From positions 88,102,001-88,166,000 of the forward strand of contig OZ024741.1 in NCBI GenBank assembly GCA_964016885.1: a stretch of 64,000 bases of DNA, given 5' to 3'. Shown here one piece after another: positions 27,701-39,594 of the stretch. The stretch comes from Eledone cirrhosa. Lineage: Eukaryota. The notes beneath the pieces were generated by a model that did no database searches, was not told the origin of the DNA, and saw only the letters and a program-made list of their open reading frames with translations. Made by a program: the position numbers and the translations under genes. Positions within the stretch are counted from its first letter, which is position 1. Each line of letters begins with the position of its first letter.

Positions 27701-28530
27701 AATGTTGTCCAACGTGACCATTTAGGTCGCCTGCAATAATTATATAGTCACTGTCAGATATTTGGGAGGTAGTTAGCAACAGTGTCTCATAGAATCTGTC
27801 TTTTATAGTGCCGGGCAGTCCGGATTGGGGTGCGTACGCAGATATTACTGTCACCGTAGTTCTATTGAGGACAAGTCTTATTTTAATTATTCTGTCGTTC
27901 ACTCTATTTACGTCTATTATCTTATCTGCCCACTTTTCTGCTACCATGATTCCTACTCCACCCAGCCCATCGTCGTTTCCCACCCAGAAAAGCTTATAAC
28001 ATCGTTTTTTACCCTCAATGAATCTAGCAGACCCACCCCTCCACCTGGTCTCTTGAATACAACAAACATCGACCTCCTTACGTTCAAGCATTTCTACAAC
28101 CTCGTTAGCGCGACCCTTTAGGGTGCCTACATTTATGGTACCAACTCTGAAGTTTTGGGTTGCGTTTGGAGGGTGGGGGTGGTGGGGGGCGGGAGGAGAT
28201 AGGGTTATGTTAGCCATCCGCGGACGAAACAAAGAGGAGTGCTCGCATTCTCGTCCACGAGGTGAATTTGACTTTAACTTTGGCATTTTCGCTCTGAGCG
28301 TCCAGATTTTTCTCTCCCTTCCACTCTCCAGGATTCCGCAGTCCGTCCGTCCATCCATCCATCCATCATATATCGAAGGCAACCGTGCAAGCGATAGTAT
28401 AGGCCTCTGGCTTATGATTTGGTCCGCGTAATAATAATAATGGTGGGGGGGGGGGGGCTCTGGCTTATGATTGGTCCACGTATTAAGTATGGTGGCGTGT
28501 GGGGGCGGGAGGGAGGGCTGTGGGGTAGCT
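24763..28530 (-). mobile_element. Full-length RTE-clade LINE with intact ORF; 5' end uncertain, may extend to about 29566
   Basis: (CAT)n tail at 24763-24783, 3' UTR to 25103, uninterrupted ORF, GC-rich upstream region. Confidence 0.95.
25104..28217 (-). CDS. RTE polyprotein: APE endonuclease, reverse transcriptase and PHD-like zinc finger (about 1037 aa from ATG 28217; frame open to 28382)
   Basis: APE motifs NVGTL, QET, YAP, GDLN, QVDY, SQH; RT motifs NYRGI, FVDLEKAFD, QGSVLSP, YADD; C-terminal RRLRWYGHV and GRPRKTW; no internal stops. Confidence 0.95.
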   Translation of the reverse strand: MANITLSPPAPHHPHPPNATQNFRVGTINVGTLKGRANEVVEMLERKEVDVCCIQETRWRGGSARFIEGKKRCYKLFWVGNDDGLGGVGIMVAEKWADKIIDVNRVNDRIIKIRLVLNRTTVTVISAYAPQSGLPGTIKDRFYETLLLTTSQISDSDYIIIAGDLNGHVGQHCDGYDEIHGGYGFGTRNEEGSRILEYCDANNLTICNTNFKKRDNHLITYRSGEHTSQVDYILTRRRDRVSVVNTKSLPHEECTSQHRLIISDLIVRTRRTRQQKRTILRRKIWKLKDPTARNKFQSILLDAFDSKEEHLESDNIEGQWEFLKANLLLATDEVCGWSRPVGRRRVTWWWNSRVEGSIKAKKQAWKVWRDGGSRVDYQVARREARREVYLARREAEERKFKHVLQRDDQKREVFRIARQCVKENRDIVGEKCVLNDDGILAITDTDKKVAWKCHYERLLNEENKWEKDSLPHIDPIEGPAVLVEGSIISKAIKDMKTGKAAGPSEIVAEMLKASGTVGHTMVTRIVNQVVQNGVVPKDWHSSIIINCYKGKGDALDRSNYRGIKLIDQVMKVTEKVIAQLIRERIDLDEMQFGFVSGKSTTDALFIVRQLQEKYLAKGKPLYLAFVDLEKAFDRVPRSIIWWALRKLGVDEWLVRAIQAMYKETVSKVRINNEYSEEFSVKVGVHQGSVLSPLLFIIALQAITEEFKTGCPWELLYADDLTLIAESMAELEKKFQTWKHGLESKGLKINLAKTKVLVCRKENKAAVPSGKWSCSVCRKGVGRNSILCPKCKVWVHKRCSGITGKLTKNIDFTCGRCSGAISSSKCPQNTSSFNCAEGSIEIVDNFRYLGDKISSGGGCSESTVARVRTGWKKFRELIPLLAAKGFSLKMKGRLYDACIRTAMLHGSETWALCAEDIRRLERNEACMLRWMCNSNIRERQSINELRKKLEIRGIRCCLLERRLRWYGHVMRMKVDSCITKCRAIKIDGSHGIGRPRKTWDELINSDLTHLHLSKTMSLDRDLWRYSVTEKTRLASRHL

Positions 28531-29365
28531 AGCTGGAAGGTTATGAATGTTTAACAAGCGATTTAACAAAAAGCAAAACTGCAAGATTTGTTCTGTTCAA
28601 TACGACAAAAACACCGTATTTAAACCTTAAATAGATTACAAAAAATACAGATTTCGGATTTTGCGAGATTGGATGTTTGTTTGGACTATGTACGAAATTG
28701 AGCGTGGAATGGAGAGAAATTTGTACTTTACGATTTACATGAGCACACCATAGTAGAAATAATTGAAGCAGCGGTGGATTGGCGAAAGTGAATAAACATG
28801 AAGGAGAACTTATCTTATATATATATATGTGTGTGTGTGTGTGTAGCTAAGAGAGAGATAGAGGGGAAGAAAGAGAGGGGGGGGAAGGGGGAGAGATATT
28901 GTGGCTGACCGCAGCCCCTCGTGGAGTAGCAGGAGGGTGAAGGGGTGGAGCGGATTTTTGACTTTCAAGTAGCATACTATATATATTTAAAGTAATTTAT
29001 AAGTAGAATGGGAAGGATTTTGTTTTTTGTTTGAGAATACGATAGAATTAAGGAATTGGACGATACGATAGAATTAAGATAGCTGGAAGGTTATGAATGT
29101 TTAACAAGCGATTTAACAAAAAGCAAAACTGCAAGATTTGTTCTGTTCAATACGACAAAAACACCGTATTTAAACCTTAAATAGATAACAAAAAATACAG
29201 ATTTCGGATTTTGCGAGATTGGATGTTTGTTTGGACTATGTACGAAATTGAGCGTGGAATGGAGAGAAATTTGTACTTTACGATTTACATGAGCACACCA
29301 TAGTAGAAATAATTGAAGCAGCGGTGGATTGGCGAAAGTGAATAAACATGAAGGAGAACTTATCT

Positions 29366-29396
<31 letters not shown>

Positions 29397-29566
29397 AGCT
29401 AAGAGAGAGATAGAGGGGAAGAAAGAGAGGGGGGGAAGGGGGAGAGATATTGTGGCTGACCGCAGCCCCTCGTGGAGTAGCAGGAGGGTGAAGGGGTGGA
29501 GCGGATTTTTGACTTTCAAGTAGCATACTATATATATTTAAAGTAATTTATAAGTAGAATGGGAAG
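28530..29566. repeat. Near-identical ~487-bp direct repeat pair at the 5' side of the intact LINE
   Basis: 28530-29015 and 29080-29566 both run TAGCTGGAAGG...GAATGGGAAG, separated by a 64-bp spacer. Confidence 0.93.
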
Positions 29567-29659
29567 ATATATATATATATATTAGCGTGCTCTCCATCAA
29601 AAGTGATAGGGTGTACAGTAGCCATGGTAGTAGTGGCAATGCTAGTAGCAATAGTAATC

Positions 29660-30085
29660 ATTATCGTTTTACGTCTTCTGTTCCATGCTTGCATGGGTTG
29701 GACAAGTCTTTTTCAGCACTGCATTTCAGCACTTGTCGTGTTCCTTCATCATCTCTGTTAGCTTCGGTGATTTGAGATCAGCTCTCACCACCTCTGCCCA
29801 CATCTTTCATGGTCTTACGACTTCCCTCCACTGGGATCTCTTGTCTTTTCACCCAGCAATCATCATCCAAATGCATCACATGTCCACACTAGTACAGTTT
29901 TCTCTCTTCACACTACATCTAATTCTTCTTGTATCTAGTTTCTCTGTTACTTTATCCATGCTTTATCGTTCACACACATTAATATTGTACATCCATCGAA
30001 TCGTGCTTGCTTCATTTCTCTCCAACCATTGTATATCTTCTGCATTCACAGCCCATGTCTCACTACCATGCAACTTCATATGCAG
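29660..30085 (-). mobile_element. Old RTE 3' fragment
   Basis: Minus frame encodes [27 protein letters not shown]; RTE-type 3' terminus at about 29660-29705. Confidence 0.8.
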
Positions 30086-31033
30086 GTGTGATACAGCAAA
30101 GGTCGATATTTTGCAATGCTCATATTCGATTTTCTTTGTTAATTCACTGATGTTCAAAAATTACTTCCTCTCTCACACACACGCACATGCTTACATCTCT
30201 ATATATACATAACTGCACTCACACCAGTGTTACTGCCACCTCTATCATTACTATTACAACAACAATGATTTGGGCTTTTTTTACTATTGCTCCTTTCAAT
30301 ACTGATATTGATGCTACCACCACTATTGTAGCTGCTGGTGCTTTTACTTCTACCACTGCTGCTGTGGTTACAAATGCTGCTATTGTACTGCTACTACTAC
30401 ATGTGCGTGATACAACTTCCGTGACCATTCCAACAGTTGTCATATGCTCGTGAGTTCTACGTCTATCCCTGCATGTTATAAGAAGCAACTAAAATGGGTT
30501 GGTTTCAGGCAGGGACTCTGGAAGGTCCCATTCAACCCATGCCAACATGAAAAAGTCAATGTAAAAATGATGTTGATGATAGATTGATGGTTAAGATTTT
30601 TTAATGAGAAACTTTTATCCACACAAAATATGACTGAAAAATGACAACTGCCAAAAGGAACCAAACCACATATCTGTTGTAGACCAAACAACTGCATAGC
30701 TCATTACACTAAGACAACCCAACAGTTTTTCAACATCAAATTTAGTGTATTTAAATGTCTAATTGGACAAACTGCATTTGCTTCCCTCCAGTCATATTAC
30801 ATAGCTTTTGTTGGAAAGGGAACAATCACTTAACTACTAATGGGCAGATTCACCTCTTTTCTGTTGAAGGCAGCACGCCCTCAGACTATTTTCAAGCTGA
30901 GATGATCCTAAAGTAAATGTAATATCATATGTATGCTTAGGATTTTTATGATGAACTTGAACCTAAATAATACATTTATACATTCAAAATATGACAGAGG
31001 AAAAGTGGCAGAACTGCAAACATAAAATGATGG

Positions 31034-31070
<37 letters not shown>

Positions 31071-33039
31071 ATATATACACACACACATGTATGTGGTTGA
31101 TGGCTGAGAGAAAAGAGGACTCAATACCAAAGAGTTTTAATATTCATCTGGCGAAACTCCAGAGTAACAAAATTCACTATTTTGCTTTAGTAAATGAATT
31201 ATATATATAATTATCATCATTATCATCAGTTTTATGTCCACTTTCTAAGCTAGCATGAGTTGGAAAGGCTGTTACAGTCTGAGACAGTTTTTATTTGGAG
31301 CTACTGCCCGTCAAGATGAGTTAGTGGGACTTCTTTTTCTTCAAACACTCCTCTCCTTGTTTACATACACTTTACAGACACTTTTTTCCTCTTATCAAAT
31401 TCTAACCACACAAAAAGTACACACCCTATGTACCTGCCATGGCCAACTATCACTAGCAGTCTATTTAAGCAACTGAGGATCAATAAGAAGAAACTCTGAG
31501 TTGCAACTTAGAAAGGTTCAACTTTCAACAAATATTCTACTATATTACAGTTTTAAGTATTTTTTCACTCCGTAAACACAGCTGCCCTAAGACAATGCAT
31601 CTTCACTCTACCCATAGCTCTTCAGTTGAGCCAATGACTGACAACCTTCCTAATGCTGATGCCATGATAAAATGCATCCATCCCACACTGTAAAGTGGAA
31701 GTGCTGGTGTCACAAATAAATGCACTCAGTACATGTAAAGTGATTGGTGTTATTAAAAGCATCCAGCTATAGAAACTATGCTAAAGGGTGATGATGAGGA
31801 TGATAGCCAACCAGCTTCCTCATAGTTTCCACCTGCCATATACACTAACAAGGCATTAGTTGGCCTAAGATTCTAGTAAAAGATACTGGTCCAACGGGCG
31901 ATGCAGTCATGAAAGCCAAAACTACACAGCAATGAAGCAAAGTTCGTACCACACATCTATGCCTATGCTTATCAATTCTTTATGGGTAAAATTTAGATCA
32001 AATCTCATTGGGTATGAGTATGTATTGGCATGGGATCATAATAAAGCAGTGCGTCAATTTAAAAATATCTTGCCTGTTTCAATCGATCTTGGTTGCCTCC
32101 TTTTCCACCCTATTGACTTAAGCTTTTATTCTCCTTGGATGTCAATAAAATAAGTAGCTGAAAAATTAATGTAATCGATATCAGTGACTTTGAAAGTAGT
32201 CCCCCTGCATGGTCGCATTCCAATGAAAAACTAGTGAAAAGAGTAAAAAGAATATGGTACTTTCATGTCTCTCTTTCTCTTCCTTCCTAACTCCCCTTGC
32301 TCTAAATATGTGTATGTATGTATGTATATGTGTGTGAAGGTGCATGGCTCAGTGGTTAGGTGTGTTCTGATCATGAATATCAGGCCAGAAGCTTGAATCC
32401 CTATGGTGTGTTCTGTCCTTCAGCAAGACAATTTAATGTTGCTCCAGTCCAATCATCTCCAGAGTTGTATCTGTAGTTCAGACTGCCAGCCTTGTTATAC
32501 AGTATATCACACAGATTCTCACTGAGAATTCCATTTAGTGCACACGTGTATCTGAAATGTTCAACCACCTACATGTTAATTTCATTAGTAGGTTGTTCCA
32601 TTGATCGAACAACTGTGACACTCACTTGAACCGACGAGAGTCCAACACACATAATGTATGTATGTTCGTATTTATATATATTAGTGTGCAAGTGTGAACA
32701 AGACAATTCAAAAGAAAAGAAACTATTGAAGCGTGTATTGTATAAGCATGATTATACTTGACTAGTCAACAATTGATGATGTGTGGTCTAATTCATACCA
32801 GACACCAATACATTATTTTATTCATTCTATTGTTTTCTGCATGTACTGTTTACACAAGCACTTATATATATTTTGGGTGGTGCAGCTTGCACCCCCACAC
32901 TCCCTCAGCAATATGCCCCCAACTCTAATCATTGGAGACATTGCATAAGATATTCTATATTTATGTGCTTTTCTGATTTAAATGTTTTTAGCTATCTTGA
33001 CATTGAGATGTTCAGTATATTAGTGACAAATAACCTTCT

Positions 33040-33102
<63 letters not shown>

Positions 33103-33105
<3 letters not shown>

Positions 33106-35667
33106 AGTGCACTTCTTGAATTTTGTGATGCAGGTACATTGACTATTTGCAACACAAACTTCCAGAAACCTGCCAATCACCTAATAACCTACAAATCTGG
33201 TGAGCACATAAGCCAGATTGACTTCTTACTAGTTAGGCAGTGGGACAGGCAGATAGTGTCTAATACCAAGGCATACCCTGGGGAAGAATGTACCCCACAG
33301 CATAGGCTAGTTGTTAGTGATATCTCAGTAAGCAAGAGATGGAATGAGACATATAGGAAGGTGTGGAGAAGAAAGGTCTGGAAGCTAAAAGATCTTTTAC
33401 TAAAATACAAATTTAGGAAAGCCCTTCAAGATGTATATGACGAAAAAGAAGACGATTTAGAGACGTATGACATAGATAATAACTGGAATTTCTTACGTGA
33501 CAACTTGCTGCAGGCTACTGATGAAACTTGTGGCTGGAGCAGAGCTCCAACCAGACAGAGAGTGACCTGGTGGTGGAACAGCACAGTAGATAAGGCTATT
33601 AGAGACAAAAGACTAGCATGGAAGGCTTGGAAAAAGGGTGGGAGTAGGGAAGAATATACAGCCACTAAGAGAGAAGCTAGACGTCAGGTGTACTTAGCAC
33701 GCAGGGAGGCAGAGAGTAGGTTTGCCAATGTTCTGCGACAGGAAGATTTAGAGGCGTGCGGTGTTCCACATTGCAAGGCAGTGTGTCAATGCAAATCAGG
33801 ATGTTGTTAGAGATAAATGTGTCTGGGATGATGCCGGTGTACTTAATGTCACGAATGATCAGAAAAAGGAGGCCTGGAAATGTCATTATGAGAGACTGAT
33901 GAATGTGGAGAACGAATGGGAGAGAGAGAAATTACCCTTGGTAGATCTGACAGAGGGACCAGCTATTGAGATTGACGAATATAGGGTCCAAGAGGCGATT
34001 AGGGAAATGAAATATGGTAAGGCTGCCGGACCATCGGGAATAGTTGCTGAGATGCTGAAGGCACCAGGGGACGTAGGCACTAAACTGGTTGCACGCATCA
34101 TCAATCAGGCTATATATGGTGGTGTCATACCCAAAGACTGGTGCAGCAGTATTCTCATAAATTGCTACAAAGGTAAAGGGGATGCTCTGGAGAGGAGCAA
34201 TTATAGGGGTATAAAACTGATAGATCAGGTTATGAAAGTGGCAGAAAGGATTTTAGCACAACTAATTAGAGAAAGGGTCAAACTAGATGAGATGCAGTTT
34301 GGTTTTGTGCCTGGGAAGAGTATAACAGATGCCCTCTTCTTGGTGAGACAATTGCAAGAGAGGTTCTTAGAGAAGAATAAGCCACTATACTTAGCCTTTG
34401 TTGACCTAGAGAAGGCCTTTGATAGGGTACCCCGATCTGTCATCTGGTGGTCCCTAAGGAAGCTAGGTGTTGAGGAATGGCTTGTGAGGACAGTGCAAAC
34501 TTTGTACAGAGGTACTCTCAGTAAAGTCAGGGTAGGAATGGAGTTTAGTGAGGAATTCCAGATACAAGTAGGAGTACATCAGGGTTCGGTCCTCAGCCCG
34601 CTCTTGTTCATTATAGTCCTCCAAGCCATAACAGAGGAGTTTAAGACTGGCTGTCCATGGGAACTTCTCTATGCTGACGATCTGGTTCTTATAGCAGAAT
34701 CAGTAGAGGAGCTAGAGAATAAATTCTGGCTATGGAAACAGCAGTTGGAAGCAAGAGGACTGAGAGTGAATCTAGCTAAGACAAAAGTGTTGATGAGTAG
34801 AAAAGAGGACAAAACCCTGATTCCGTCAGGGAAATGGCCATGTTCGATATGCAGAAAAGGAACTGGCATAAATTCTATAAAATGCACACAATGCAGATCC
34901 TGGGTACACAAGAGATGTAGCAGGATAGCAGGCAAACTAACAGGTAGGGAGAAATATGTATGCAGTAGATGTACAGGGAAATTAGACAGTAGAAGTCACA
35001 TTGATAGACACATTTTTCAGATGCAGGAGGGCGCTATAGAAGTGGTGGATAGCTTCCGGTACCTAGGAGATCAGATTAGCATGGGAGGAGGGTGTTCCGA
35101 GGCCATAGTATCTAGAGTAAGGATGGGTTGGAAGAAGTTTAGGGAGCTGCTTCCTCTGTTGACGAAGAAGGGTTTCTCCCTGCGTACGAAAGGCCGGTTG
35201 TATGATGCCTGTGTGAGGAACGCGATGCTGCATGGTAGTGAGACATGGGCAGCAACTGCAGAGGATATGCGACGGCTGGAGAGAAGTGAGGCAAGCATGC
35301 TCTGTTGGATGTGCAGTGTAAATGTGCGTGAACGACCCAGCATAAATGTGTTGAGAGAGAAACTGTGTCTGAGAGGGATAGAATGTAGTGTACGGGAGAG
35401 GAGACTGAGGTGGTATGGACATGTGATGTGCATGCAGGATGACCGATGGGTGAAGAAGTGCCAGGAAATGCCAGTTGAAGGAAGACGTGGTAGAGGTAGA
35501 CCACGAAAAACATGGGCGGAGGTGGTGAGAACAGACCTCAGATCATTGAAGCTCACGGTGGAGATGACGAAGGACCGTGACGAGTGGAGAGATGCTGTGC
35601 TGAATAAGACCCGTCCCACCCTTGCAAGCAGGGAAAAACGGACGTAAAATGATGATGATGATGATGA
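33103..35667 (+). mobile_element. RTE-clade LINE, third subfamily, 5'-truncated within APE, one frameshift
   Basis: ORFs 33040-33810 and 33761-35647 (YADD; CSIC..CTQC..HKRC..CSRC); the ORF runs into the terminal motif, then a (GAT)n tail; (TA)n at the 5' junction. Confidence 0.94.
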
Positions 35668-36233
35668 TATATAGTTCAAGGTTAAAAGAGACAAACACCA
35701 AACAATTACACATTCTTATTAGTTTCATGCTTGTGGGAAAAGGAATGTTTTAGCACATCAGGTGTTAGTCCTTCATCAGAAAAGAATAAAGTTAGGAGAA
35801 AGAAGGGGTTGGATTAAAAATACAAAAAGAAAGAGGATAGGTGAGGGCAGGCAAGTGAGGGTGTAAGTAGTCCAGCATGTATGTGTGTGTGTGTGTATCT
35901 CCTTATAATATATAACCAGCAATTTCTCTGTCTGTCTGTCCGACAGTGGATACGTGCGCGCGTGCGAATATTTTTTTGCGCACGCGACGCGTAGAGAGTG
36001 AGAGTGAAAGAAAGAGACAGACTACAAGAGGGGGATAGCGGGAGGGAGAGAGGGGGGAATTGAGGAATGCTACAGAAACATATATACATTTCTGTGTGTG
36101 TGTGTAATATATATATATATACACACACAGAAATATATATACATTTCTGTGTGTGTAATACATATATATATATATATATACACACACAGAAATATATATA
36201 CATTTCTGTGTGTGTAATATATATATATATATA

Positions 36234-39053
36234 TTCAAAAAACGTGACAATCACCTGATCACCTATAGATCCGGGGAACACACAAGCCAGGTAGATTATA
36301 TCCTTACCAGAAGACGTGACAGAGTGTCTGTTGTAAACACTAAATCCCTCCCCCATGAAGAATGCACCTCCCAACATAGACTGATAATTAGCGACCTCAT
36401 AGTCAGGACGAGACGTACTCGACAGCAGAAGAAGACTATCCTCAGGAGAAAAATATGGAAGCTAAAGGACCCCACAGCCAGAAATAAATTCCAAAGCATA
36501 TTACTTGATGCTTTCGACAGTAAGGAAGAGCATTTAGAGTCGGACAATATAGAGGGACAGTGGGAATTCCTGAAAGCAAACCTGCTGATGGCGGCAGACG
36601 AAGTCTGTGGCTGGAGCAGGCCTGTAGGCAGGAGGAGAGTAAGATGGTGGTGGAACAGTAAGGTGGCGGGGTCAATTAAGGCCAAAAAGCAGGCTTGGAA
36701 AGTATGGCGGGATGGGGGAAGTAGAGAAGACTATCAAGTGGCCAGGAGGGAAGCTAGGAGACAAGTGTACTTCGCAAGAAGGGAAGCAGAGGAAAGAAAG
36801 TTCAAGCATGTTCTACAACGCGAGGACCAAAAACGTGAGGTGTTCAGGATTGCTAGGCAATGTGTCAAGGAAAACCGTGATATTGTCGGGGAGAAGTGTG
36901 TACTTAATGATGACGGCGTACTTGCCATCACCGACGCTGATAAGAAGGTAGCTTGGAAGTGTCACTATGAAAGGCTACTAAATGAGGAGAATAAATGGGA
37001 GAAAGACAGTCTCCCCCACATCGACCCAATAGAGGGACCAGCAGTGTTAGTCGAGGGTAGTATAATAAGTAAGGCAATCAAGGATATGAAGACGAGTAAG
37101 GCGGCTGGGCCTTCAGAAATAGTTGCTGAGATGCTGAAGGCATCTGGCACGGTGGGACACACCATGGTCACCCGGATAGTTAACTAGGTCGTACAGAATG
37201 GGGTTGTTCCGAAGGACTGGCATAGCAGCATCATCGTTAACTGTTATAAGGGTAAAGGAGATGCCCTAGATAGGAGTAACTATAGAGGCATTAAATTAAT
37301 CGACCAGGTCATGAAGGTCACGGAAAAAGTAATAGCGCAACTAATCAGAGAGAGAATTGACCTAGATGAAATGCAGTTCGGGTTTGTGTCAGGCAAAAGT
37401 ACCACAGACGCTCTTTTCATTGTACGACTACAGGAGAAGTACCTAGCTAAAAGTAAACCCCTCTACTTAGCTTTTGTCGACTTGGAGAAAGCCTTCGACA
37501 GAGTTCCCCGTTCCATTATCTGGTGGGCCTTTAGAAAACTAGGTGTCGACGAATGGCTTGTGAGAGCTATACAAGCCATGTATAAAGAAACAGTCAGCAA
37601 GGTTAGAATTAACAACGAATATAGTGAAGAGTTTAGCGTAAAAGTTGGCGTCCATCAGGGCTCTGTTCTCAGCCCCCGACTATTTATTATTGCCCTTCAG
37701 GCTATAACAGAGGAGTTCAAGACTGGCTGCCCATGGGAACTCCTATACGCAGACGACCTAACACTCATAGCTGAATCAATGGCCGAGCTAGAGAAGAAAT
37801 TCCAAACATGGAAGCACGGCCTAGAATCAAAAGGCCTTAAAATTAATCTGGCTAAGACCAAAGTTCTAGTTTGTAGGAAAGAAAATAAGGCGGCGGTCCC
37901 TTCCGGGAAGTGGCCATGCTCAGCGTGTAGGAAAGGCGTAGGTAGAAACTCCATTTTGTGTCAGAAATGCAAAGTATGGGTGCATAAAAGATGTAGTGGG
38001 ATCACAGGTAAGCTAACTAAGAACATAGATTTCACATGTGGCCGGTGCTCTGGTGCAATAAGTAGCAGCAAGTGCCCACAAAATACTAGCTCTTTCAACT
38101 GCGCAGAGGGCTCTATAGAAATAGTGGACAGCTTCCATTACCTGGGTGACAAAATCAGCAGTGGGGGAGGGTGCTCTGAAAGTACAGTAGCTAGAGTCGG
38201 AACTGGATGGAAAAAGTTCAGAGAGCTTATACCACTATTAGCCGCTAAAGGGTTCTCCCTAAAAATGAAAGGCAGGTTGTATGATGCCTGCATACGAACA
38301 GCAATGTTGCATGGCAGTGAGACCTGGGCATTGTGTGAAGAGGATATACGCAGACTAGAGAGGAACGAAGCTTGCATGCTCCGCTGGATGTGTAATAGTA
38401 ATATACGTGAACGGCAAAGCATAAACGAACTAAGGAAAAAATTAGAAATAAGAGGGATCAGATGTTGTTTACTCGAGAGAAGGCTACGTTGGTATGGACA
38501 CGTGATGCGCATGAAAGTCGATAGCTGTATAACAAAGTGCAGGGCAATAAAGATAGACGGTAGCCACGGAATAGGCAGACCTAGAAAAAGCTGGGACGAG
38601 CTGATAAACTCCGACCTCACACACTTACACCTCTCCAAGACAATGTCACTGGACCGAGACCTTTGGCGGTACTCAGTAATAGAGAAGACCCGCCTTACCT
38701 AAATACATAGTAAAACCTACTACAGTCAGTAGGCATTTCAAACAAAATACACCGCCCCCTTCTATGTAAAGTTATGTTGGTGCCACACCATCCAGGCCGA
38801 AACAAATGAGATCGTGTAGGTGTCACGACAAAAAAACACACAGTCCACGCTGTAATGTGGCCGTGTAGGCAACACGGTAAAACCCTCCCAGACCCACACT
38901 GTAAATGTGGTTGGCGTTAGGAAGGGCATCCAACTGTAGAAAACCTGCCAGACAGTCCTATGCGAGCAAGACAATCACTCTTGCCTCAAGTGGGAAAACC
39001 CCCCGTCCAAACCCATGTAAGCGTGGAACACGGGCGTTAAATGTTGATGATGA
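36234..39053 (+). mobile_element. RTE-clade LINE, main family, 5'-truncated, premature stop at 37185-37187
   Basis: ORFs 36210-37187 and 37311-38702 are nearly identical in protein to the 25104-28217 copy; 3' UTR and (GAT)n tail present. Confidence 0.95.
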
Positions 39054-39110
39054 TATATACACACACACAGAAATATATATACATTTCTGTGTGTGTAATA
39101 TTTATATATT

Positions 39111-39145
<35 letters not shown>

Positions 39146-39230
39146 TACACACAGAAATGTATATATATTTCTGTGTGTATATATATATTACACACACAGA
39201 AATGTATATATATTTCTGTGTGTGTGTATA

Positions 39231-39342
39231 TATCATCATCATCATCAACGTTTAACGTCCGTGTTCCACGCTTGCATGGGTTTGGACGGGGGTTTTCCCA
39301 CTTGAGGCAAGAGTGATTGTCTTGCTCGCATAGGACTGTCTG
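39231..39342 (-). mobile_element. RTE 3'-terminal fragment (~110 bp), tail-to-tail with the preceding copy
   Basis: (CAT)n followed by AACGTTTAACGTCCGTGTTCC...GGACTGTCTG. Confidence 0.88.
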
Positions 39343-39594
39343 TCACACAGAAATATATATACATCCCTTAGCTACTGTACTGTATCTGTTGCTATCTCTC
39401 TCTCTCTCTCTCCAGCTATCCCTCTCTTTTAGTCTGTCTGTTTCTCTCACTCTTTCTCTTTGTAACACACTAACATTCCTCCCCTCTATCGCTCTGATAA
39501 ATGGGGGGGAGGAGGAGGAGGAGGAAAGAGTCCGTCACTTCACCTCTGCCTTTCTTTCTCTCCCCTCTCACTCTCTCATTACATACAGACATTA

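Noticed and set aside
25180-28431. Plus-strand ORFs overlapping the LINE, and equivalents at other copies
   Set aside because: Antisense shadows of the RTE ORF with no independent motifs; they recur only because the LINE is repeated.
30187-30488. Thr/Ala/Val-rich ORFs on both strands
   Set aside because: Degenerate trinucleotide low-complexity DNA with no splice or homology support.
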